From positions 512,001 to 576,000 of the forward strand of contig OZ242358.1 of the NCBI GenBank assembly GCA_965208835.1: a DNA stretch of 64,000 nt, given 5' to 3'. This DNA comes from Candidatus Latescibacterota bacterium (GTDB lineage Bacteria; Latescibacterota; UBA2968; GCA-2709665). Numbering within the stretch: the stretch's first letter is position 1; every line of letters starts with the position of its first letter. The translations under genes and the position numbers were made by a program. The notes beneath the pieces were generated by a model. It was not told the origin of the DNA. It saw only the letters and a list, made by a program, of their open reading frames with translations, and did no database searches. Below are positions 20,771 through 30,854 of this stretch, in pieces.

Positions 20771-22231
20771 ATGAGAAAACAACGCACGATCTACTTCAAC
20801 GACGCCCGCCACTACTATCTCTTCGTCTTCGAACCGCCGATGCGGCTGGAAGACGCCCGGGTGCCCGTGGACGAAGTCGCCGGCACGGCAGTGGACACCT
20901 TCGTCTATGGCGTCTCCCGTGCCGACGGTCTCTTCTATCCCTCTAGGATCGGCCTGATGTTCGGTGACGATCTTCGACCGTTCCAGCATGTCCACGAGTG
21001 GCGCGCCTGGGAGAATATGCAGAGTCTCATCGCGCGCGGCCTCGACCCGCTGACCGTCCTGGTCGACCGCGCCCACGAGAAGGGAATGGACTTCATCGCC
21101 AGCCTGCGGATGGGCGCCTACGGCGGCATGGCCGCGGAACACGCGCTCCACACCGGAGGGCGGGGTTTCGTGCACCCTGAAGTGCGCGACCATCAAAGGG
21201 CGATACTGGAAGAACTCGCCACGAGGTACGCCGTCGAAGGCGTGGAACTGGACTTCGCGGCCTCTCCCGGCGGAAGTCCCTTCTGGCTGAGGGAGGAAGA
21301 CGTGTCGGAATACACCCCGGTGATGACGGAGTTTGTAAGAGAGACCGCCGAAATCGTCCGGAATCGTCCGGGAGCCCCTGCCCTGATCGGCGCGCGAGTC
21401 TACCCCACCGAAGAGTTGAACCTGAAGACCGGGCTGGACGTGCGGACCTGGGTTCGGGAAGGGTTGGTCGACTTCGTGGTCCCGATGCTCTATGTCGACT
21501 TCGTACTGGATGCCAATATGCCTGTTGACTGGCTCGTGGATGCAGCCCACGAAAGCGATATCTCCGTCTACGGCATGCTTCAGCCTTACCGCAGCGACGA
21601 GAGCCGTCGGTTCGATACGGCGGGCAACGCGACCACCTCCATGATGCGGGCGGCCGCCGCGAATTTCCTGGAACTGGACGTCGACGGCCTGTACACCTGG
21701 TTTCTTCCCTGGCCCGTTGACGAGTCCGGCCGTAGCCTCCTCACGCAACTGGGCGATGCGGACCTCATACGGGAAGCCGACAAACACTATTTCCTGCGCC
21801 GCCGGTGCGACGCGGCATCCGAATACGACTACGGCGCCTTTCTCCCGCTTGAGATTGCCTCAGCCGACCCGGGGAGAGTTCATCAGATCCCTTTCTCCAT
21901 CGCCGACGAACCAGAAAATGACCGCATACGGCACATTGGCCTCAGAATCGGTGTGAGCAATCTCGTCTCGGCGGACAGACTCGAGATCCGGCTGAACGGC
22001 GCCCGTCTGGACAGCGGGTCATGTCGTCGCTCACCGATCCGGTCCCGGGATCCGTACGCGGGACAGCTGCTGGAATTCGATCTGGAAGACGTGCGACCCC
22101 GGAAGGGCCGCAATGTACTCGAAATATCCTTGCACGAAAGGCCTCCCGGATTCGAAGGAGGGATCGTGGTCGAAGACGTGGATATCTTCGTCGAATACGG
22201 GACGTTTCCGACACCCAACCTGGATTCGTAA
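20771..22231 (+). CDS. GHL10/DUF187-like putative glycoside hydrolase, paralog 2
   Basis: YFNDARH, GLDPLTVLVDRAHE, ASLRM, PEVRD, YAVEGVELDF, VDGLY. Confidence 0.65.
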   Translation: MRKQRTIYFNDARHYYLFVFEPPMRLEDARVPVDEVAGTAVDTFVYGVSRADGLFYPSRIGLMFGDDLRPFQHVHEWRAWENMQSLIARGLDPLTVLVDRAHEKGMDFIASLRMGAYGGMAAEHALHTGGRGFVHPEVRDHQRAILEELATRYAVEGVELDFAASPGGSPFWLREEDVSEYTPVMTEFVRETAEIVRNRPGAPALIGARVYPTEELNLKTGLDVRTWVREGLVDFVVPMLYVDFVLDANMPVDWLVDAAHESDISVYGMLQPYRSDESRRFDTAGNATTSMMRAAAANFLELDVDGLYTWFLPWPVDESGRSLLTQLGDADLIREADKHYFLRRRCDAASEYDYGAFLPLEIASADPGRVHQIPFSIADEPENDRIRHIGLRIGVSNLVSADRLEIRLNGARLDSGSCRRSPIRSRDPYAGQLLEFDLEDVRPRKGRNVLEISLHERPPGFEGGIVVEDVDIFVEYGTFPTPNLDS

Positions 22232-22409
22232 GTTTTCGCGGAAGTAAATTCGAATATGTGCCAGTTAATAAAGGCGATTAGAAGGCGGATTACCAGGATA
22301 CACCAGGTCATTGGACGTCAACGGAAAAAATGCCCTTCCGGATGACGATTACGCCCCGTTTGGGAAGGACTTATCACGACGCCCCGTCGCTGTTTTTTTC
22401 GAATTGGGG
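22219..22409 (+). mobile_element. ~190-bp MITE-like repeat, copy 1
   Basis: CCTGGATTCGTAAG...GCGGATTACCAGGATACACCAGG...CGAATTGGGG, flanked by CCAA/CTAA. It contains the upstream gene's stop codon. Confidence 0.75.
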
Positions 22410-22516
22410 CTAATCAGGGGTCGATCGAATTGCCCGAGGGGAGGTGACGTGGCGCTCAGGCTGCTTCCAATCCTGGCTTCTACCCCGGATATCGCGGCAA
22501 GGGAACGGATCGCCCG

Positions 22517-23101
22517 TCAATCATCCACAAGCAGCCCACCGGCCCGCAGCACCCGCCAGAAGGCGTAGTCCGCGGCGTTTACGATTGTATTCTCGAGGCT
22601 CCGCACCACCAGTTCTCCTTCCCCCGAATGCCCGCCGGCGATATGCGCCACGGTTTCCGGAAGCCCCACGCTCAGGCATATGTGAACGCCGTAGGCCGGA
22701 TGCCTTATTGAAGGGTATCCGGCGGCGCCCGGCGCCCGCTTCCAGCGCGCCTGGTTCCTTGGATCGAATTCCCAGGGCTTGCCGACGTCGTGACAAAGGG
22801 CGCCGGCAACGAGAATGTCCCGGTCAACCTTCAGATCCGGAAACATCGACACCAGTTCATCGGCCATTCCCATTGCCAGGCGGGTCACGCCGCGGATGTG
22901 GTCGGTCTGCGTCCCTTTCCTGAGGGGCGGCGTATCCGGATTCCCTGATGGCCGGATATCGGCGATCGCCTCGAAGCTACTGTTCGCAAGCGCCGTCGCC
23001 CACGCCTCGATGACCTTGTCCCGCAGTGCGGCGTCGACGATTTCTCCGGCCTCCGGCAACTCGGCGCGGACCCTTTCGCGCAACGAATCGGTAACGGCCA
23101 T
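22517..23101 (-). CDS. HD-domain metallophosphohydrolase/oxygenase-like protein
   Basis: DHIRGV...ALCHDVGK...RHPAYG...HIAGGHS...ADY. Confidence 0.85.
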   Translation of the reverse strand: MAVTDSLRERVRAELPEAGEIVDAALRDKVIEAWATALANSSFEAIADIRPSGNPDTPPLRKGTQTDHIRGVTRLAMGMADELVSMFPDLKVDRDILVAGALCHDVGKPWEFDPRNQARWKRAPGAAGYPSIRHPAYGVHICLSVGLPETVAHIAGGHSGEGELVVRSLENTIVNAADYAFWRVLRAGGLLVDD

Positions 23102-23157
23102 TGTATCTCCCTTCAGTCAGAAATTCTTATGCCCGTGCACTGCGGTTTTACAGGGCG

Positions 23158-24741
23158 TCAATAGCGAATGACCACTTCCACGTCCGTAAGGACGAGGTCG
23201 CACGCGATTTGCGGATTCCGTTCCACCAGTCCGACCTCGACGGTATGCCTCCCCTGGGCGATGTCGTCAGGTCGCAGTGGAAAGCAGAGCCATGCCGCGC
23301 GGCTCACGTCGGAAATACGGCGGATGCCGGGCGGAGTCTGGAAGGCCCCGCCCGGAGGATTGGTGTTGTCCATAACGCAGTAACTGAATTCGGGTGCTTC
23401 CATTTCACGCCCGTCCCAGCATACCCGTACGCGATCGCCAACCACCCAATGGTCCAGGCGGACACGGAGTTCGATGTGGTCCGGTCTGTCCTTTTCGAAG
23501 TCGTCGGCAATATCGAGGGTGATGGCCGGCATTTCGCCCGTCATCGTCTTCTTGAGGGCAACCGGCACCTCGCCCAGGATCCGGTCGATGCGGTAGGCGC
23601 CGCGCCAGGGTCCTTCCTTCTGGATAAACCGATGGGTGGCCGCGTAGATCTTGTCCGTGCGGCGGAGCGTTTCGGGCGAGGCGATCTGCGAGAGCAATTC
23701 CCGCTTCATGTCCCGGTTGGCGTGCCAGTTGAACACGTAAATTCCGTCGGCGCCGGCGCGATGGTAGCGGGAGGCAATCGCCCGGGTGCGCATCCGATCC
23801 TTGATTTCAAGCGCTTCCGGGCCCACGAACGGGTCCGGCAATCCGCTGTCGAATCCCGCGTAGACGGCGATCCCCCTGTCCCGGCACATCTCCACAAACG
23901 CGGCCACCTCCAGGGACGCGTCGGTTACGGCGCCTCCTCCCAGAATCAGGATGTCCACCAGCCCCTCTTCGATCCACACCGGAATATCGTAGCCGATGCG
24001 GCGGCACATCTCCTCCGAGCCCGCCACGCGCGCCGCCAGATAGAACGGCCGGCCGCGCCGCTTTGCGACGTCGTTCGTCAACTGCCGGACCCGGCGCTGG
24101 AGGTCGGTAAGCACGTATCGCAGCCGGTATGCCTCGTCTTCGGGAAGGTGGAACGCATGCCGCTGCCAGTCCAGTTCCACGCCGTCCCAGTCGTACCGCG
24201 TTACGACCTCCTCGATATGGGTATACCGGTGCTCGCGGACTTCGGGGACCGCCATATTCCACGAAAGCGCGAACCACTCAGACGTCCGGTCGCCCAGCAC
24301 CCACTCCGGGTGTTCCACCCGCATTCTGGTCAACTCACTGTGGTGGAGCCCCGGGAGGTCTTCCAGCTGCGCTCCGTCGAAATGGTTGTCGTTCATGCGC
24401 ACCGATGCGTAGACGGCCAGGCCCAGGGCGCGGCCGTGTTCGATCAGCGAGACATGCGGGTCCTCGCCGCGCTCGAGCATCAGTCGGATGTTTTCGGTGT
24501 GGGTATACGCCGAGACGTTCTCGTACCGGCGTCCGTGGACGTCCCCCAGCATTTCAAGCGCGGAATCCGGCCAGCGGGCGGCGTGCTCGCCGATGCACCA
24601 GAACAACGCCCCCACCTGCGTATCCTCGATCGGCGCGCAGGTCTTCTCGAGAAACGCGTTCATTGACTGAGGCACCTCGGAATAACCGTGCGGCGCCCCG
24701 TCCCAGTTGTAGATGATCCCGTAGTCAAAGGGTCCGGACAT
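23158..24741 (-). CDS. GHL10/DUF187-like putative glycoside hydrolase, paralog 3
   Basis: IYNWDG, ASVRMNDNH, WNMAVPEVRE, YDWDGVELDW, GADGIYVFN. Confidence 0.7.
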   Translation of the reverse strand: MSGPFDYGIIYNWDGAPHGYSEVPQSMNAFLEKTCAPIEDTQVGALFWCIGEHAARWPDSALEMLGDVHGRRYENVSAYTHTENIRLMLERGEDPHVSLIEHGRALGLAVYASVRMNDNHFDGAQLEDLPGLHHSELTRMRVEHPEWVLGDRTSEWFALSWNMAVPEVREHRYTHIEEVVTRYDWDGVELDWQRHAFHLPEDEAYRLRYVLTDLQRRVRQLTNDVAKRRGRPFYLAARVAGSEEMCRRIGYDIPVWIEEGLVDILILGGGAVTDASLEVAAFVEMCRDRGIAVYAGFDSGLPDPFVGPEALEIKDRMRTRAIASRYHRAGADGIYVFNWHANRDMKRELLSQIASPETLRRTDKIYAATHRFIQKEGPWRGAYRIDRILGEVPVALKKTMTGEMPAITLDIADDFEKDRPDHIELRVRLDHWVVGDRVRVCWDGREMEAPEFSYCVMDNTNPPGGAFQTPPGIRRISDVSRAAWLCFPLRPDDIAQGRHTVEVGLVERNPQIACDLVLTDVEVVIRY

Positions 24742-24881
24742 GGGTTCCTCCCGTCGGCGTGATGGGCTCGTTCGAATTACTGTTTGAAATCAGCTGCTGC
24801 GAATCTATTTTACGGGCGGTTAGAGTCGATTTTCAGGAGCTTTCCACGTACATCCCGTCGGGTTTCCCGACACTGCTTCCT

Positions 24882-25661
24882 ATGAAATCCTCATTCTGCA
24901 CCAACGCATTCGGCAACGACCAGGCCGATCAGGAAAAAGCCATCCCCTACCTGGCTGAACTGGGTTATGACGGCATCGAGCTCTGGCAGCAGTACCTCTG
25001 CAACGCGGACCTGGGTTGGGTCCGCTCGATCGCAGACGGACACGATCTCGAGATCGTGCAGATCTGCCCCTACTTCGATTTCACCACCAGCCAGGACACC
25101 TGGGACCAAAGCATCCGGGATGCCGAAACCTTTATCGAATACGCGGTCGAGCTCGACTGTCCCTTAATCCGCACCTACACCGGCAACGTGGGGAGCGCGG
25201 ACGCCACCGTCGCGCAATGGGACGCCTGCGTCCGGGGCCTGCGGAGAATCTGCGAAATGGGCGCCGCGTACAATATCGTCTTCCCGCTGGAAACGCACCA
25301 GGTCATTCACCATGGCCCCAACCTGACGGATACCAGCCCGAGTACGCTGAAGCTGCTCGACGACGTCGGTATGGAAAACCTTACGGTCAATCTGCAGACG
25401 CCTCTCGTCGGCGAAACCGTCTTCCAAACCGTCGACCAACTCGGAAAACACGTTGTGCACCTGCACGCCCACAACTGGGTGGGCAACTGGCCAAAACTCA
25501 CGTTTCTGGACGCCGGCGACGTGGATTTCACAGCGTTCATCCGGCGTCTGCAACACAAGGGCTTCGACGGCTATATATCGATCGAACACGGCAGCCATCA
25601 TCCGCCGTACGAGACGGCCGCACATGAAATCGCATACCTGAAGCAACTCATCGATGGATAA
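24882..25661 (+). CDS. Sugar phosphate isomerase/epimerase (xylose isomerase-like TIM barrel)
   Basis: LGYDGIELW, LETH, HLHAHN, FDGYISIEH. Confidence 0.88.
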   Translation: MKSSFCTNAFGNDQADQEKAIPYLAELGYDGIELWQQYLCNADLGWVRSIADGHDLEIVQICPYFDFTTSQDTWDQSIRDAETFIEYAVELDCPLIRTYTGNVGSADATVAQWDACVRGLRRICEMGAAYNIVFPLETHQVIHHGPNLTDTSPSTLKLLDDVGMENLTVNLQTPLVGETVFQTVDQLGKHVVHLHAHNWVGNWPKLTFLDAGDVDFTAFIRRLQHKGFDGYISIEHGSHHPPYETAAHEIAYLKQLIDG

Positions 25662-25690
25662 CAGGGTGGGCACAGGGCAGCGAATTGGCT

Positions 25691-25733
25691 CCGAAACGCG
25701 GGCATTTCGACAAGCTCAATGAACGCGTTTCGG
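25691..25733. repeat. REP-like hairpin enclosing TTCGACAAGCTCA
   Basis: CCGAAACGCG/CGCGTTTCGG 10-bp stem. The loop motif recurs inverted at ~60588-60600. Confidence 0.55.
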
Positions 25734-25832
25734 TCGCGCTTGAAATGACCGGCCAACCGATCATCATGCCGGCAGGTCTCCCGAATATGCAGTACGAAAC
25801 AGATAAGGTCGAATCGACGATCGGAGTTCGCC

Positions 25833-28800
25833 ATGCTGCAGCGGAGAATATCCCTGAAAAACCTGAAGAAGCCCAAACCGCTTTATCCCGACACCGTTCT
25901 CGTGGAACAGGGGCGTGCCGCGTCTGCCATCGTACGCCCGTCGGACGACCGGTACGGCGTCGTTGCGGAGACGATCCGGAGGAAAGTCCGTGACGTTTCG
26001 GGCGCCGATCTGCCCATACTGGACCACGGCGCCGCCGCGAAGACACCCCGGAGGCACCTCATCCTTCTGGGCAACCTGAACAACAACAAGGCGGCCTTCC
26101 GGCTCTACGGCTACAGCTATACGCCGGCGGACGACCACTTTCCCGGCGCCGGCGGCCACCTTCTCCACACGATTCACGATCCCTGGGGCAACGGCAGAAA
26201 CGCCGTCGGCCTCTTCGGCAGCGATTTGTCAGGTGTCGAAACCGCCGCCGGCCTGCTGCTCGAGCGCTTCGGTTCGGGATCGACCCTTGCCCTCGGTCCC
26301 ATGTTCGATGTCAAGTATGGACCGAATGCGCGCAGCGACGCCGGAATCCCCGAAGAACCGGACCTGGACGCCGAGATGGCGGAAGCCGAAGAAGACCTCG
26401 CGCGTGGCTCCCATACCGGTCTGTGGAGCAGGATCGGTCAGCGGGGCCTGCTCTACGGGCTCACCGGAAACGACGTCTACGCCGAAATCTACAAGCGACT
26501 GGTCTTCCGGATGTACGACCACGTCCTGTCCGACCCGGATAACTACGGCAGCGTATGGGGTTTCGACGCGGACTTCGCGCTGCAGTACGTCATGCCCGGG
26601 TGGGACCTGGTGGAAGAGAGCCCTGCGATCTCCGACGAGGACCGTCTGCGCATCACCCGTATCCTGTTTGAATTCATCGCGGATTGCGTGTCTCACGTGG
26701 GTGACGTCGAGAACGATCGCGTCCGCCACAACCACGCGACGTACGCCGCGCTGGGCCTCCACTATGCCGGCGCCTATTTCAGGAAATACTACAGGGCCAC
26801 GCAGGCCTATCGTTGGCTGGCCCTGTCGGAGAAATGCTTCAGGGTGCAGGTCAACGCGTTCAAGCCGTACGAGGACTGCGGACACTATCATTGGCGCACC
26901 CATTTCCACGCGATGCGCTACACGCTCAGCACGGGCGACATGACGTTCTTCGATACGGGAAATGCGCAGCGGGCCGGCGACTACGCCATCCTGACAACGG
27001 ACAACCTGGGCTGCGTCGTGCCCAATGGAGACACGGCCTCGCCGTTCGGCTCGTGGACGGAAGTGCCCTATCTGCGCGCCATGGTCTGCGTGACGGGAGA
27101 CGGCCGCTACCAGTGGATGCTCGACAAGAAGAAAGCCATGTCGCCGCGGTCCCACCCGTACGAACACAGCCGCGACGTGGAACCGGTTGAGCCGTCGGAC
27201 CTGGAGGGGGCGCAGGTCTATCCTGTAGATCCGAAGTATTACGATTCAACAAACGGCGGCGACCACCTGCCTCTGGACAGGACCTTCGACAAGGTTGTCT
27301 TCAGGGACGGGTTTGCACCCGAGAATCAGTATCTGTTTCTCGACGGCCTGTCCAACGGCGGCCACAAGCATTACGACGGCAACTCGATCTGCCGCCTCAC
27401 CCAGAACAGCCGCATCTGGCTGGCAGACTGCGACTACATCAAATCGCTGCCCAAATTCCACAACGGCGTCCTCATCTTCAAAGACGGACAGTCTGCAGAA
27501 ATCCCTCCTTTCGTGGAACTCGAGCGGTTTTCCGCCAACCGGGATACCGGTTTCTCCCAGACGACCCTAGGCTCGTACAGCGGCGTGGACTGGCGCCGCA
27601 ACATCCTCTGGAACCGGGGCGCTTTCTTCCTGGTCATCGACGAGATGGAAGCCCTGGAAGAAGCGGAATACAGTTTCCGCGCCGTCTGGCAGACGCTGGG
27701 CGACGTACAGCTCCGCAAAGGCGGCCTGGCCGTGGAACAGAACGGCGAGCGATTCTTCATCCACGGTCTGCCTGGGCCCGGACTCAGGCTCGAGGACGAC
27801 CCGGTTACCGGCAAGAACTGGGAACGATACGAACACGCCGAGCCGATCGTGCGTATCCTCCAGCAGATTGCCAACGTGCGCCTCAGGAAAGGGGAGGCCT
27901 ATCGGTTTTTCAACCTGCTTTATTGCGGCCCTTTGAAGCTCGGAATGTCGCAGGTCGCGGAGAACGCCGTGCGCATCGACGGTGGTCCGGAAACCGTTTT
28001 CGCGGGCGTCGGGCAGACACGGGCGGCGACGGCTCTGCCTTCGGGCCCCCGGGTCGCGGCCGCGCAGTTTCAGATATCTCCGCTTGCTCTTGCCATTGTC
28101 GACGGAACGGAAGTGTCATGGGGAGATACGGTGTTCATGAGCGATCGTCCTGTGTCCCTCGAATACGACCTGTCGTCGGCGCGGGGCGTCGTCGTCTCCT
28201 CAGGTCCGACCGAGATCAAACTGTCCGCGGGAAGCAGTACGGAGGTCGAAGTGGACGGCCGGCCGGTCGCCGCCGACGTCTCCGGCGGCGCCGTCACGTT
28301 CCCTGTGCCCGGGGGCAGGCACGAAATTGCACTGATTCCTCCTGCCCTCGCGGGAATCCGTCGCGCCGCTGCCGGAAAACCCACAACAGTCTTCGTGCCA
28401 CGCTTCCGGACCCCGCGCGGGATGGGCCGAATTCCGGACCTTTCCTCGCTCTGGTCTCACCGGGAGGACAACGCCCTGCTTTCCCTGCAGGCCGCGGATC
28501 TGGACGGCGACGGCAGGGATGAAGTCATCGCCGGCGGCCGCACCAGGGCCATCCACGCATACAAGGAAGGAAGCCCGCTCTGGCAGTATCCCACGGGCGG
28601 CGCCGTGAGGTCCGTCTGTGCCGCGGACCTTGAAAACGACGGACGGCCGGAGATTGTCGCCGGTTCGGAAGACGAACGCGTATATGTCCTCAACGCCACG
28701 GGTGATCTTGAGTGGGACTTCAAAATCCCCTTCTACTTCCAGGAACCTGTCGTGCGCTCCGTCTTTACCGGCGATATCGACGGCGACGGACGGCTCGAGG

Positions 28801-29528
28801 TCATCGCCGCCGTGGAATCCTGGCGCTACTACGCCTTCAGCCACGACGGGAAGGAACTCTGGCACCAGATGACCGTCCGCCCCTCCTCCACAGGCTGCGC
28901 CGCGGACCTGGACGGCGACGGCCGGGACGAGGTCATCGCCGGAACGGACTACCACCGCTGGCACTGCATCGACGGGAACGGCGACGTCAGGTGGTCCTAT
29001 CATCCCGCCACCGGGCCCCGCGCCAACAGCGCCGCGGCCGGCGACGTCGACGGAGACGGGCTGAAGGAAGTCGCCTTCGCCGGCGCCGACACCCACATCC
29101 ACCTCCTCAGCGCGGAGGGGGTCCTGCTCTCGCGATTCAATACCGGTGACGAAGTTACTCGCGTCCTGATGACCGATATGGACGGTGACGGCGTGGATGA
29201 AATCGTCGCCTCTTCCATGAGCTTCAACGTCTACGTCGTCAAGGGCGACGGCAAGACGCTCTACTGGCGAACCGACCTCGGCGAAGTCGTCCGCTGCATC
29301 GCCGCCGCCGACTTCGACGGCGACGGAAAACCGGAAGTCGCCGCGGGCGTCGAGGATGGAACCGTGTACCTGCTTTCCAATGCGGACGGACGTCCCGTCG
29401 GCCGGTTTCAGGCCGGCGGACCCATCCTTGACATCGTCCCCGCGGACGTCGACGGTAACGGCATTCCCGAAATCGTTGCCTGTTCGGAGGACGGCTTTCT
29501 GCACGTCATCAGTAGTATCGCGAAGTAA
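25833..29528 (+). CDS. Heparinase II/III-like protein fused to a C-terminal FG-GAP/VCBS beta-propeller
   Basis: HNH, PNGD, GGHKHYD, FHNGVLI, followed by eight DxDGDG-type repeats. Confidence 0.75.
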   Translation: MLQRRISLKNLKKPKPLYPDTVLVEQGRAASAIVRPSDDRYGVVAETIRRKVRDVSGADLPILDHGAAAKTPRRHLILLGNLNNNKAAFRLYGYSYTPADDHFPGAGGHLLHTIHDPWGNGRNAVGLFGSDLSGVETAAGLLLERFGSGSTLALGPMFDVKYGPNARSDAGIPEEPDLDAEMAEAEEDLARGSHTGLWSRIGQRGLLYGLTGNDVYAEIYKRLVFRMYDHVLSDPDNYGSVWGFDADFALQYVMPGWDLVEESPAISDEDRLRITRILFEFIADCVSHVGDVENDRVRHNHATYAALGLHYAGAYFRKYYRATQAYRWLALSEKCFRVQVNAFKPYEDCGHYHWRTHFHAMRYTLSTGDMTFFDTGNAQRAGDYAILTTDNLGCVVPNGDTASPFGSWTEVPYLRAMVCVTGDGRYQWMLDKKKAMSPRSHPYEHSRDVEPVEPSDLEGAQVYPVDPKYYDSTNGGDHLPLDRTFDKVVFRDGFAPENQYLFLDGLSNGGHKHYDGNSICRLTQNSRIWLADCDYIKSLPKFHNGVLIFKDGQSAEIPPFVELERFSANRDTGFSQTTLGSYSGVDWRRNILWNRGAFFLVIDEMEALEEAEYSFRAVWQTLGDVQLRKGGLAVEQNGERFFIHGLPGPGLRLEDDPVTGKNWERYEHAEPIVRILQQIANVRLRKGEAYRFFNLLYCGPLKLGMSQVAENAVRIDGGPETVFAGVGQTRAATALPSGPRVAAAQFQISPLALAIVDGTEVSWGDTVFMSDRPVSLEYDLSSARGVVVSSGPTEIKLSAGSSTEVEVDGRPVAADVSGGAVTFPVPGGRHEIALIPPALAGIRRAAAGKPTTVFVPRFRTPRGMGRIPDLSSLWSHREDNALLSLQAADLDGDGRDEVIAGGRTRAIHAYKEGSPLWQYPTGGAVRSVCAADLENDGRPEIVAGSEDERVYVLNATGDLEWDFKIPFYFQEPVVRSVFTGDIDGDGRLEVIAAVESWRYYAFSHDGKELWHQMTVRPSSTGCAADLDGDGRDEVIAGTDYHRWHCIDGNGDVRWSYHPATGPRANSAAAGDVDGDGLKEVAFAGADTHIHLLSAEGVLLSRFNTGDEVTRVLMTDMDGDGVDEIVASSMSFNVYVVKGDGKTLYWRTDLGEVVRCIAAADFDGDGKPEVAAGVEDGTVYLLSNADGRPVGRFQAGGPILDIVPADVDGNGIPEIVACSEDGFLHVISSIAK

Positions 29529-29582
29529 GCTCAGTTTTAAGTTCACGTCCCGCCGTTCATCCCCACACTAAAGGAAATTACC

Positions 29583-30797
29583 ATGAAGATCACCGACGTC
29601 GACATCATCCCGATCTACCCGAAAATCGCGGCACGGAATGCCGACCAGAAGACCCGTTTCATCAACCTGAACCGCCGTACCATTTTCAAGATTACGACGG
29701 ACAACGGCATCGTCGGGTACGGCGATGCGCGCTGTGAGGCGCCCGACAGGTCCACCGTCGAACACGTTATCGGGCGCGATCCCTTCGACTACATCAACGC
29801 CAATTTGAACTCGGGGGTGATGGGGGCGCTGTACGACGTCATGGGCAAGCATCTCGATATTCCTGCGTACAAACTCATGGGCCAGAGGATACGTGACAGG
29901 GTGCCCGTGGCGGCGTGGACCCGGCCCGCGTCGCCGGAAGACCTGGCCAAAGACGTCCAGCGGGCCGTCGGCGAAGGATACATGATCTTCAAGATCCACA
30001 CCTGTGCGCATTACGACGTCATTGAACAGACACGGGCCGTGGAGGAGGTGGCGCCGCCGGGATTCAAGATGCACTACGACTTCAATCACAACCGGCCGCT
30101 TGCCGCCGTCCTTCGAATCCTGAAGGTACTGGAAGACTCGCCCGTGGTGGGGATGATCGAGGACCCCCTCGTTCTTTCCGACGTGGAAGGGTGGCGCCTG
30201 CTGCGGCAGAAGACCAGCTTCCCGCTCCTCATGCACGTGCCGCAGCTCGGCGGCGGGCAGGAAATCATCAGGGGCTGCGCCGACGCCTACATGATCGGCG
30301 AAGGCGGGATCGGCCCCACCCTCGTGCGCGGTTTTGCCGCGGCCCTTGCCAATGTCTCCTCGGTCATCCAGCTTACCGGCGGTACGCTGACCAAGGCGAT
30401 GGCCCTGCACATGGGCGCCGTAATACCAAATGTCGCCCATTGCACGAACCTGGACGACCAGTACGACCAGGACGTTGTCAAACAGCGGATCGAGGTGGCG
30501 GCGGGTTCGTCTCCCATACCGGAGGGTCCCGGCCTGGGCGTCGAGGTCGACGAAGACGCGCTGGCCGAATGCGCGGCCAACGAACCCACGGTTATCCCGG
30601 CCACAATCGGCATCCTGCACCTGCCCGGCGGGAACAGACTCTACACGAAAGGGTTTCCAAACGTGCCCCGGGTCACGGGATTTCCCGAAGGCAATACCCG
30701 GGGCATACGCCTGGAGGTGTGGGAGGACGACGGCACGGAAGCGTTTCGGGAGACCCTGGAGCGCATTGAACAGGATGGTCCGTTCATGGAGAAATAG
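29583..30797 (+). CDS. Mandelate racemase/muconate lactonizing (enolase superfamily) enzyme
   Basis: MKITDVDI, ALYDVMGK, FKIH, DFN, IEDP, GPGLGVEVD. Confidence 0.88.
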   Translation: MKITDVDIIPIYPKIAARNADQKTRFINLNRRTIFKITTDNGIVGYGDARCEAPDRSTVEHVIGRDPFDYINANLNSGVMGALYDVMGKHLDIPAYKLMGQRIRDRVPVAAWTRPASPEDLAKDVQRAVGEGYMIFKIHTCAHYDVIEQTRAVEEVAPPGFKMHYDFNHNRPLAAVLRILKVLEDSPVVGMIEDPLVLSDVEGWRLLRQKTSFPLLMHVPQLGGGQEIIRGCADAYMIGEGGIGPTLVRGFAAALANVSSVIQLTGGTLTKAMALHMGAVIPNVAHCTNLDDQYDQDVVKQRIEVAAGSSPIPEGPGLGVEVDEDALAECAANEPTVIPATIGILHLPGGNRLYTKGFPNVPRVTGFPEGNTRGIRLEVWEDDGTEAFRETLERIEQDGPFMEK

Positions 30798-30854
30798 TCG
30801 TGCAGTCCCCGCCCGCCCGAGGGTTGGGGCTGAATCGCAGGAACAGGAGTTGCC

